Assembly (NCBI GenBank): GCA_964016885.1
Contig: OZ024757.1
Location: 5,828,001-5,892,000, forward strand
DNA: 64,000 nt
Direction of reading: 5' to 3'
Source: Eledone cirrhosa
Taxonomy: Eukaryota
Position numbers and translations under genes: made by a program. Of this stretch, positions 23,789-35,504 are shown one piece after another; position 1 is the stretch's first letter, and each line of letters begins with the position of its first letter. Below the pieces are notes generated by a model that was not told where the DNA came from, did not search any database, and worked only from the letters and a program-made list of their open reading frames with translations.

Positions 23789-24745
23789 ACTAGACATGAA
23801 AAATGCGCAAGCTCAAAAGTGCCACAGAATGTTATAATAAACCTTCAAAAGTGTGGGACTAGAGTTGTTGCTAAAAAATATTGTAATCATTATATATCGT
23901 ACATTCTGTGGCATCCTTTATAAAAATAGCTTAAACCAACGAAGCCTTTATTTTTACGCTATTTCACTTAGTTAATTCTTAGAGTGTAACATATAAAAAT
24001 AAATATATCTATGTTTAATGTAATAACAGCTATAAATAATTACGTAATATTATTATCATATACTCATAGTAACAAAATAATTGTGTTGAAAATTAATATG
24101 ATGCTTATATGAACGATCAAATCTATAATGATAATTTCTTAAATATACTAATAGTAAAATAATTTAGTTATCTATTGTTACATTTTCATAGAACTATAAT
24201 ATTAACAATCGTATTGCATTATCAAATTTTTATCACTACAAACTTTCATATTGGAATTACCTTAAGCCACTTATTATTACTTCGCTTTCGTACTTTTACA
24301 GCTGTAGATATTGCGCTGTATCTTATATCTAATATCAATATCTCATGGTAATTTGCATGCAGTGTAAAATAGGTTTATTAATAACTTTAATATGAAATGT
24401 ATTATACAGGGCTGCGGAGCCGGCCAAAAATTGACTGGCTCCAACTCAGGATCCGATATTCCCTTATTTCCTAAATTTCAGCTCCGCAGCTCTGTTATTA
24501 TATTAATTAATTTATTTTATAGTTGTAAATCATATTTTTATATGTTGCACTCTAAGAATTAACTAAGTGAAATAGCGTAAAAATAAAGGCTTCGTTGGTT
24601 TAAGCTATTTTTATAAAGGATGCCACAGAATGTACGATATATAATGATTACAATATTTTTTAGCAACAACTCTAGTCCCACACTTTTGAAGGTTTATTAT
24701 AACATTCTGTGGCACTTTTGAGCTTGGGCATTTTTCATGTCTAGT
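23789..24745. mobile_element. Fold-back/MITE-like element with ~210-bp terminal inverted repeats
   Basis: 23789-24001 is the near-perfect reverse complement of 24533-24745. The ends read actag...ctagt. Confidence 0.8.
24407..24494. mobile_element. 88-bp hAT-like MITE nested in the fold-back element
   Basis: TIRs cagggctgcggagc / gctccgcagctctg, with an 8-bp TSD gtattata/ttattata (7 of 8 match). Confidence 0.7.
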
Positions 24746-24949
24746 ATATATATACTTACATAAATATTTATAGAGAAAATGACAGAAAATAGTAACCCTT
24801 AAAATACTACAATCTAGTGATAGTAGTAGTAATAGCAGTAGTAGTAGTGGTGGTGGTTGTAGTAGTAGAAATAGTAGTGTTGATGGTGGTAATAGTAGTA
24901 GTAGTAGTAGTAGGTGTAGTAAAAGTAGTGTTGGTAGTAGTAGTGGTGA

Positions 24950-24985
<36 letters not shown>

Positions 24986-25044
24986 AAGTAGTATTGTTGG
25001 TTGTAATAGTAGTAGTGTTGGTAGTAGTAGTATCAATAATAGTA

Positions 25045-28000
25045 GTAGCAGTAGCAGTAACCTCTTAACACGTTGTTGCCATAGTAATAGTAATACTATA
25101 GTAGTTGTAGTAGTAGCAGTAGCAGTAACCCCTTAACACGTTGTTGCCATAGTAATAGTAATACTATAGTAGTTGTAGTAGTAGCAGTAGCAGTAACCCC
25201 TTAACACGTTGTTGCCATAGTAATAGTAATACTATAGTAGTTGTAGTAGTAGCAGTAACCCCTTAACACGTTGTTGCCATAGTAATAGTAATACTATAGT
25301 AGTTGTAGTAGTAGCAGTAGCAGTAACCCCTTAACACGTTGTTGCCATAGTAATAGTAATACTATAGTAGTTGTAGTAGTAGCAGTAGCAGTAACCCCTT
25401 AACACGTTGTTGCCATAGTAATAGTAATACTATAGTAGTTGTAGTAGTAGCAGTAGCAGTAACCCCTTAACACGTTGTTGCCATAGTAATAGTAATACTA
25501 TAGTAGTTGTAGTAGTAGCAGTAGCAGTAACGCCTTAACACGTTGTTGCCATAGTAATAGTAATACTATAGTAGTTGTAGTAGTAGCAGTAGCAGTAACC
25601 CCTTAACATGTTGTTGCCATAGTAATAGTAATACTATAGTAGTTGTAGTAGTAGTAGTAGCAGTAACCCCTTAACATGTTGTTGCCATAGTAATAGTAAT
25701 ACTATAGTAGTTGTAGTAGTAGCAGTAGCAGTAACCCCTTAACACGTTGTTGCCATAGTAATAGTAATACTATAGTAGTTGTAGTAGTAGCAGTAGCAGT
25801 AACCCCTTAACACGTTGTTGCCATAGTAATAGTAATACTATAGTAGTAGTAGCAGTAGCAATAACCCCTTAACACGTTGTTGCCATAGTAATAGTAATAC
25901 TATAGTAGTTGTAGTAGTAGCAGTAGCAGTAACCCCTTAACACGTTGTTGCCATAGTAATAGTAATACAATAGTAGTTGTAGTAGTAGCAGTAGCAGTAA
26001 CCCCTTAACACGTTGTTGCCATAGTAATAGTAATACTATAGTAGTTGTAGTAGTAGCAGTAGCAGTAACCCCTTAACAGGTTGTTGCCATAGTAATAGTA
26101 ATACTATAGTAGTAGTAGCAGTAGCAATAACCCCTTAACACGTTGTTGCCATAGTAATAGTAATACTATAGTAGTTGTAGTAGTAGCAGTAGCAGTAACC
26201 CCTTAACACGTTGTTGCCATAGTAATAGTAATACTATAGTAGTAGTAGCAGTAGCAATAACCCCTTAACACGTTGTTGCCATAGTAATAGTAATACTATA
26301 GTAGTTGTAGTAGTAGCAGTAGCAGTAACCCCTTAACACGTTGTTGCCATAGTAATAGTAATACTATAGTAGTTGTAGTAGTAGCAGTAGCAGTAACCCC
26401 TTAACACGTTGTTGCCATAGTAATAGTAATACAATAGTAGTTGTAGTAGTAGCAGTAGCAGTAACCCCTTAACACGTTGTTGCCATAGTAATAGTAATAC
26501 TATAGTAGTTGTAGTAGTAGCAGTAGCAGTAAACCCTTAAAACGTTGTTGCCATAGTAATAGTAATACTATAGTAGTTGTAGTAGTAGCACTAGCAGTAA
26601 ACCCTTAACATGTTGTTGCCATAGTAATAGTAATACTATAGTAGTAGTAGCAGTAGCAGTAACCCCTTAACACGTTGTTGCCATAGTAATAGTAATACTA
26701 TAGTAGTTGTAGTAGTAGCAGTAGCAGTAACCCGTTAACCCGTTGTTGCCATAGTAATAGTAATACTATAGTAGTTGTAGTAGTAGCAGTAGCAGTAACC
26801 CGTTAACCCGTTGTTGCCATAGTAATAGTAATACTATAGTAGTTGTAGTAGTAGCAGTAGCAGTAACCCCTTAACACGTTGTTGCCATAGTAATAGTAAT
26901 ACTATAGTAGTTGTAGTAGTAGCAGTAGCAGTAACCCCTTAACACGTTGTTGCCATAGTAATAGTAATACTATAGTAGTTGTAGTAGTAGCAGTAACCCC
27001 TTAACACGTTGTTGCCATAGTAATAGTAATACTATAGTAGTTGTAGTAGTAGCAGTAGCAGTAACCCGTTAACCCGTTGTTGCCATAGTAATAGTAATAC
27101 TATAGTAGTTGTAGTAGTAGCAGTAACCCCTTAACACGTTGTTGCCATAGTAATAGTAATACTATAGTAGTTGTAGTAGTAGCAGTAGCAGTTACCCCTT
27201 AACACGTTGTTGCCATAGTAATAGTAATACTATAGTAGTTGTAGTAGTAGCAGTAGCAGTAACCCCTTAACACGTTGTTGCCATAGTAATAGTAATACTA
27301 TAGTAGTTGTAGTTGTAGCAGTAGCAGTAACCCCTTAACACGTTGTTGCCATAGTAATAGTAATACTATAGTAGTTGTAGTAGTAGCAGTAACCCCTTAA
27401 CACGTTGTTGCCATAGTAATAGTAATACTATAGTAGTTGTAGTAGTAGCAGTAGCAGTAACCCCTTAACACGTTGTTGCCATAGCAATAGTAATACTATA
27501 GTAGTTGTAGTAGTAGCAGTAGCAGTAACCCCTTAACACGTTGTTGCCATAGTAATAGTAATACAATAGTAGTTGTAGTAGTAGCAGTAGCAGTAACCCC
27601 TTAACACGTTGTTGCCATAGTAATAGAAATACTATAGTAGTTGTAGTAGTAGCAGTAGCAGTAACCCCTTAACAGGTTGTTGCCATAGTAATAGTAATAC
27701 TATAGTAGTAGTAGCAGTAGCAATAACCCCTTAACACGTTGTTGCCATAGTAATAGTAATACTATAGTAGTTGTAGTAGTAGCAGTAGCAGTAACCCCTT
27801 AACACGTTGTTGCCATAGTAATAGTAATACTATAGTAGTAGTAGCAGTAGCAATAACCCCTTAACACGTTGTTGCCATAGTAATAGTAATACTATAGTAG
27901 TTGTAGTAGTAGCAGTAGCAGTAACCCCTTAACACGTTGTTGCCATAGTAATAGTAATACTATAGTAGTTGTAGTAGTAGCAGTAGCAGTAACCCCTTAA

Positions 28001-29852
28001 CACGTTGTTGCCATAGTAATAGTAATACAATAGTAGTTGTAGTAGTAGCAGTAGCAGTAACCCCTTAACACGTTGTTGCCATAGTAATAGTAATACTATA
28101 GTAGTTGTAGTAGTAGCAGTAGCAGTAAACCCTTAAAACGTTGTTGCCATAGTAATAGTAATACTATAGTAGTTGTAGTAGTAGCACTAGCAGTAAACCC
28201 TTAACATGTTGTTGCCATAGTAATAGTAATACTATAGTAGTAGTAGCAGTAGCAGTAACCCCTTAACACGTTGTTGCCATAGTAATAGTAATACTATAGT
28301 AGTTGTAGTAGTAGCAGTAGCAGTAACCCGTTAACCCGTTGTTGCCATAGTAATAGTAATACTATAGTAGTTGTAGTAGTAGCAGTAGCAGTAACCCGTT
28401 AACCCGTTGTTGCCATAGTAATAGTAATACTATAGTAGTTGTAGTAGTAGCAGTAGCAGTAACCCCTTAACACGTTGTTGCCATAGTAATAGTAATACTA
28501 TAGTAGTTGTAGTAGTAGCAGTAGCAGTAACCCCTTAACACGTTGTTGCCATAGTAATAGTAATACTATAGTAGTTGTAGTAGTAGCAGTAACCCCTTAA
28601 CACGTTGTTGCCATAGTAATAGTAATACTATAGTAGTTGTAGTAGTAGCAGTAGCAGTAACCCGTTAACCCGTTGTTGCCATAGTAATAGTAATACTATA
28701 GTAGTTGTAGTAGTAGCAGTAACCCCTTAACACGTTGTTGCCATAGTAATAGTAATACTATAGTAGTTGTAGTAGTAGCAGTAGCAGTAACCCCTTAACA
28801 CGTTGTTGCCATAGTAATAGTAATACTATAGTAGTTGTAGTAGTAGCAGTAGCAGTAACCCCTTAACACGTTGTTGCCATAGTAATAGTAATACTATAGT
28901 AGTTGTAGTTGTAGCAGTAGCAGTAACCCCTTAACACGTTGTTGCCATAGTAATAGTAATACTATAGTAGTTGTAGTAGTAGCAGTAACCCCTTAACACG
29001 TTGTTGCCATAGTAATAGTAATACTATAGTAGTTGTAGTAGTAGCAGTAGCAGTAACCCCTTAACACGTTGTTGCCATAGCAATAGTAATACTATAGTAG
29101 TTGTAGTAGTAGCAGTAGCAGTAACCCCTTAACACGTTGTTGCCATAGTAATAGTAATACTATAGTAGTTGTAGTAGTAGCAGTAACCCCTTAACACGTT
29201 GTTGCCATAGTAATAGTAATACTATAGTAGTTGTAGTAGTAGCAGTAGCAGTAACCCCTTAACACGTTGTTGCCATAGCAATAGTAATACTATAGTAGTT
29301 GTAGTAGTAGCAGTAGCAGTAACCCCTTAACACGTTGTTGCCATAGTAATAGTAATACTATAGTAGTTGTAGTAGTAGCAGTAGCAGTAACCCCTTAACA
29401 CGTTGTTGCCATAGCAATAGTAATACTATAGTAGTTGTAGTAGTAGCAGTAGCAGTAACCCCTTAACACGTTGTTGCCATAGTAATAGTAATACTATAGT
29501 AGTTGTAGTAGTAGCAGTAGCAGTAACCCGTTAACCCGTTGTTGCCATAGTAATAGTAATACTATAGTAGTTGTAGTAGTAGCAGTAGCAGTAACCCCTT
29601 AACACGTTGTTGCCATAGTAATAGTAATACTATAGTAGTTGTAGTAGTAGCAGTAGCAGTAACCCCTTAACACGTTGTTGCCATAGTAATAGTAATACTA
29701 TAGTAGTTGTAGTAGTAGCAGTAGCAGTAACCCCTTAACACGTTGTTGCCATAGTAATAGTAATACTATAGTAGTTGTAGTAGTAAGAGTAGCAGTAACC
29801 CCTTAACACGTTGTTGCCATAGTAATAGTAATACTATAGTAGTTGTAGTAGT
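25045..29852. repeat. 68-bp satellite array 1 (~70 units, with 62-bp variants)
   Basis: Unit aaccccttaacacgttgttgccatagtaatagtaatactatagtagttgtagtagtagcagtagcagt. Confidence 0.97.
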
Positions 29853-29977
29853 AAGAGAACAAAAGTTTGTTGTACAAACTTTTGTTCCATTTTTCTGTTG
29901 TTGTTGTTGTTGTTGTTTACAGTGACGGAGGGGGGGGCAAAAGCTAAAAACACCAACATTATCTCTGTTGTTAGTAA

Positions 29978-30566
29978 TATAATTATATTGGCATAGGTTA
30001 AGTTTAACGTCCGAGATAATGAAAGTAGATTTTCTGACACGTGAATCTGTTTGTTTTGTTTTTTACAATGACAGTTACGATACAGTTTGTTTATTTACAA
30101 CAGGTCTCTATAGTGATATGGTGTTAATTAGTATTGCGTGTGTGATTATTTTTTCTTTTTCTTTTTTTGTGTATTGTGTGTACGGAAAATGACGTTGTGT
30201 GTTGAAAGAAATACATTTTTTTAAAAATAACTACATAGTTAGACGGTCTAATAAGGATGTTGATAAGGTAGGTCAATTTATGTGTTATATGCAACAAACG
30301 TCTAACTATGTAGTTATTTAAAAAAATGTATTTCTTTCAACACACAACGTCATTTTCCGTACACACAATACACAAAAAAAGAAAAAGAAAAAAGAATCAC
30401 ACACGCAATACTAATTAACACCATATCACTATAGAGACCTGTTGTAAATAAACAAACTGTATCGTAACTGTCACTGTAAAAAAAACAAAAAAAACACATT
30501 CACTTGTCAGAAAATCTACTTTCATTATCTCGGACGTTAAACTTAACCTATGCCAATATAATTATA
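29978..30566. mobile_element. Palindromic MITE with ~265-bp arms and a ~53-bp spacer
   Basis: 29978-30245 is the reverse complement of 30299-30566. Termini are tattggcatagg...cctatgccaata in a TA context. Confidence 0.8.
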
Positions 30567-30639
30567 ATTATTTCTACCAGGCAGAAGGCCAAATATAGTT
30601 TACGATGTGGTGACGATAGGGGGACGGGGGGACTCAGTA

Positions 30640-30642
30640 TAG

Positions 30643-30675
<33 letters not shown>

Positions 30676-30911
30676 AAATATTTCTACTATTACAACTACG
30701 ACAACTAATACTACTTATTACTACTTCTACTATTACAACAAGAATTACTACAGCTACTACTACTATTATTACTACTACTAATACTACTGTTACTATGACA
30801 ACTACTACTACTACTACTACAACAATAATTACTACTAATACTATTACAACTATAATTTACTACTACGATTACTACAACTGCTATTACAACTATAATTACT
30901 ACTACTGCTAT

Positions 30912-30952
<41 letters not shown>

Positions 30953-30956
30953 TAAT

Positions 30957-31003
<47 letters not shown>

Positions 31004-31375
31004 ACTACTATTACAACTATAATTACTACTACTACTATTACAACTATAATTACTACAACAACTACTACTACTACTAACTACTATTATAACTAATTACTAC
31101 TACTACTATTACAACTATAATAACTACAACAACTACTACTACTACTGCTATTACTAACTACTATTACAACTATAATTACTACTACTATTACTACAACTAC
31201 TATTACAACTATAATTACTACAACTACTACTACTACTACTGCTATTACAACTATAATTACTACTACTATTACTACAACTGCTATTACAACTATAATTACT
31301 ACAACAACTACTACTACTACTGCTATTACTAACTACTAGTACAACTATAATTACGACAACTACTACTACCACCAC
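30640..31375. repeat. (ACT)n-based compound microsatellite
   Basis: actactact runs with a recurring attacaactataatt. Confidence 0.9.
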
Positions 31376-31399
31376 CAATATTGACCCTACGATGAAAGT

Positions 31400-31707
31400 C
31401 CAAATTAAACCGACCCCAATAGTAGACTGGTAGTTCATTTAATCCCACCGCTAGAAGTTTAAAAGTTGATCTGGGCACGTAAAGAGATTTTGCACGAATA
31501 CCACAAGACACTTTCTGTTCGAAACTCTACCGATTCTGCCAACCCATTCTATTTTCTAACATAAGCATAAGGCAGGCCGCACATTTTAGAGGGACGGGTC
31601 GGGGTATACTGTGGTTTTTAAACAAGATTCCCTCAGTATTTAACTGGTATCTGCTTTTTAAAGTTTGTATTTGACCAGAAGAGCTATTTCGATAAGGATA
31701 ATAATTA

Positions 31708-31745
<38 letters not shown>

Positions 31746-32570
31746 ATGGTTTCTGATTTAGAGACAAGGCCAACAATGTTGATTAAATCAACCCAGTGCG
31801 TTACTGGTACTTTAGTTTATCGACCCAGTAAAGATGAAAGGCAAAGTTTTGAACCCAAAACGTAAAGAACCGTTGATGATTTTCTACTTAAGACACAAGA
31901 CCAGTAATTTGGGGAGAGGTGAAAGTCGATTAAATCGACACCAGTGCTTTATAAAAGTACTACTACTACTAATACTAGTTAATAGTTGTAAAAGTTTGTT
32001 TGTTTTTAACTTAGAGGCACAAGACCACAAGTTCTTAAAGTTAGGATGGTCTGTTTTAGTTGGTTTTAAGTACCCCCTGACCAAGGCCACACTGTGGTGA
32101 CATGAAGGGTGGGGTTGGCATATGAAACGTCTATTTATTAGTACCTGATTCGTACTTTTCTTTCCTGTATAGATCGACCCGGCGGGATCTGAACTAAGAA
32201 CGTTGTGTCCATGACTAAATAAAGACAAGTAAATTGTCTGACGGGCGCTCTACCAGTTATGCCCCAATATTTCTGATATATATCTTTATCACAAGGACGT
32301 TGAATATGGACATCATACAAAAGAAAAATATAAAAAATTAAAAATAAATAACAAAATGTGAGGGAGGGAGAGTGGGGGGGGGGTTTATATAGAAATCTTG
32401 TAGGGGAGGGGGGCACTAAAAATAATCGATTCGAAGGATCAATTGATTAGATCAATCCTGGAAGTATAAAAGACAAAAGTTGATTTCACCGGTATTTGAA
32501 CTGAAAAACGTAACGAGACAAACAGAACAAACACTACAAGTTATTTTGTCCGACGCTCTAACGATTCTAA
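31400..32570 (-). mobile_element. Cluster of old, reverse-oriented SINE fragments
   Basis: ctggtactttagtttatcgaccc (~31803), ctctaccgattctgcca (~31525), tctgacgggcgctctacc (~32237) and tccgacgctctaacgattct (~32549). Confidence 0.65.
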
Positions 32571-32627
32571 TGATATATAATGACACAGACACAACACTTT
32601 GTAAGGGTCGATTTAATATATATATAT

Positions 32628-32760
32628 AATTAAGTTTGTATGTACATATGTGTATATATATATATATATATATGTAAATATAATTGAGTTTATATGTACA
32701 TATGTGTATATATATATATACATATGGGTATATATATATACATATAAATATACACATGGG

Positions 32761-32809
<49 letters not shown>

Positions 32810-32812
32810 GTA

Positions 32813-32864
<52 letters not shown>

Positions 32865-32872
32865 ATTATATG

Positions 32873-32904
<32 letters not shown>

Positions 32905-32927
32905 ATTATATGTATATATAATAATAT

Positions 32928-32962
<35 letters not shown>

Positions 32963-32963
32963 A

Positions 32964-33018
<55 letters not shown>

Positions 33019-33019
33019 A

Positions 33020-33068
<49 letters not shown>

Positions 33069-33069
33069 A

Positions 33070-33126
<57 letters not shown>

Positions 33127-33134
33127 ATTATATG

Positions 33135-33166
<32 letters not shown>

Positions 33167-33174
33167 ATTATATG

Positions 33175-33206
<32 letters not shown>

Positions 33207-33214
33207 ATTATATG

Positions 33215-33246
<32 letters not shown>

Positions 33247-33254
33247 ATTATATG

Positions 33255-33286
<32 letters not shown>

Positions 33287-33345
33287 ATTATATGTATATA
33301 TATATATATATATACATATATATACATATATATTTATATATATAC

Positions 33346-33377
<32 letters not shown>

Positions 33378-33393
33378 TCATATAGATATATAC

Positions 33394-33442
<49 letters not shown>

Positions 33443-33473
33443 TATACATATATATATATACATATATATATAT

Positions 33474-33530
<57 letters not shown>

Positions 33531-33540
33531 TATATACGTG

Positions 33541-33575
<35 letters not shown>

Positions 33576-33580
33576 GCATG

Positions 33581-33620
<40 letters not shown>

Positions 33621-33640
33621 TGTATGTATATAAATGTATG

Positions 33641-33680
<40 letters not shown>

Positions 33681-33716
33681 TATATGTATGTATATATATA
33701 CGTATATATATATATT
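32628..33716. repeat. (TA)n/TATG microsatellite with a taattatatg sub-repeat
   Basis: Directly visible. Confidence 0.95.
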
Positions 33717-34314
33717 ATGTCAGGTCACCAGTTGGTGCTACTGGTAACATGTATCCCAGTACAACCTGTCTCATGGTCGGGTCGTTGGCGACTAAACTGG
33801 CAACCCCACCAAGGTTTCTTGGTGAGGAGGGTGACTTTGGACATCCTGCAGGACTAAAAACAAAACCTGTCAAAGGGCAAATAGCTCTTAAAAGTCAATG
33901 GCCATCCAAAATCACCGGGAGAGATGACCCCTTAGCCTTTGTCAAGGCAGAATTCTAGGAGAAGGAAAACTCTGATATAACACCTGCAACCCTGATGGTA
34001 TCCAATGATGTTGACTTGTTCTTCTTTTTGGTAAATATCATCTTGGTTAAGAGAGTGGGACTGGCTTTGTGCAGTGCCTTTGCTCACTATAAAAGCTTCA
34101 CGGCACAGGCATTGCTTTTATCTGGAGATCTCTCTGCACTTGTCGTCACATGGTACCATGGGCCCAGCACTATGTGTCAATAATTGTCACAAGTGTAGTG
34201 TTTGTACCAGAGTTTTCAAGTCGCTGGCTGGACTAAAAAGTCACATTCGGTAGGGGTTCTCCTACATGGATATAAAGTAGTGGCCGTACTCGAAAACGAG
34301 TTGGCAGCCACCAT
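33717..34314 (+). mobile_element. Non-autonomous, internally deleted RTE derivative (5' UTR joined to the 3' end)
   Basis: RTE 5'UTR-like ctaggagaaggaaaactctga; the 3' part encodes the C-terminal zinc finger CHKCSVC...SLAGLKSH; terminal stem-loop gtggccgtactcgaaaacgagttggcagccac. Confidence 0.65.
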
Positions 34315-34532
34315 GTATGTGTTTATTTGTGTATATTACATATATATATATGTGGGTTTTAGCCTCTGTGTATGTGTGTGTGTATATTACATTTATATAT
34401 ATATATATATGGGTTTTAGCCTGTGTATTGTGTATATTACATATATATGTGTGTGTGTGTGTGTGTGTGTTTCAGTCTGTGTGTATTGTGTATATTACAT
34501 ATATATGTGTGTATGTTTCAGCCTCTCTCTGT

Positions 34533-34577
<45 letters not shown>

Positions 34578-34818
34578 ATATAGTAACCATACATACAATG
34601 TACACATGTGTTTATCGTAATGTGTAAACTAGCTTGCGTGTACTTAAATAAACCCTCAGTTACATACACACATCAGTCGTTTGTATATGTATGTGTATAT
34701 ACACACATATATATATATATATATATATGTGTGTATGTAAACATTTATACTTTTAATACATGAACATTTTACGCACTATTTATACATACCGATACAAAAC
34801 TTTTAACACACACATACA

Positions 34819-34874
<56 letters not shown>

Positions 34875-34935
34875 TATATATATATATACACTATATATAT
34901 ATATATATACACTATATATATATATATATATACAC

Positions 34936-34968
<33 letters not shown>

Positions 34969-35273
34969 ATATATTTATATATAGAATCTCCCTCTCATTT
35001 ATATACCCTGACATACTATTTGTATACTACTACCACCACTACTACTACTACTACTACTACATGAACTGGGGGCTACATAACTTTACACACACAACTGTCT
35101 GATACATATACAGTATAATGGTGTATATATATATATTATATATATATATATTATATATATATATATATATTGGTTTATGTATATATATATACTTACATAA
35201 ATATTTATAGAGAAAATGACAGAAAATAGTAACCCTTAAAATACTACAATCTAGTGATAGTAGTAGTAATAGC

Positions 35274-35318
<45 letters not shown>

Positions 35319-35344
35319 GTTGGTTGTAGTGGTGATGGTGGTAA

Positions 35345-35377
<33 letters not shown>

Positions 35378-35504
35378 GCGTAGTAAAAGTAGTGTTGGTA
35401 GTAGTAGTGGTGATAGTAGTAGTAGTAGTGGTGGTAGTAGTAGTAGAAGTAGTATTGTTGGTTGTAATAGTAGTAGTGTTGGTAGTAGTAGTATCAATAA
35501 TAGT

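Noticed and set aside
24611-25068. Poly-Leu/poly-Val 'membrane protein' ORFs (also 35057-35529 and 30504-31004)
   Set aside because: They are trinucleotide (TAG/CTA)n translations.
25045-29852. taacccc/ttaac core resembling telomeric (TAACCC)n
   Set aside because: Only one imperfect hexamer occurs per 68-bp unit, with no true telomeric run.
33720-33810. Twister or complete HDV-like ribozyme
   Set aside because: Twister core residues are absent, and HDV P1/P3 could not be paired convincingly in this copy.
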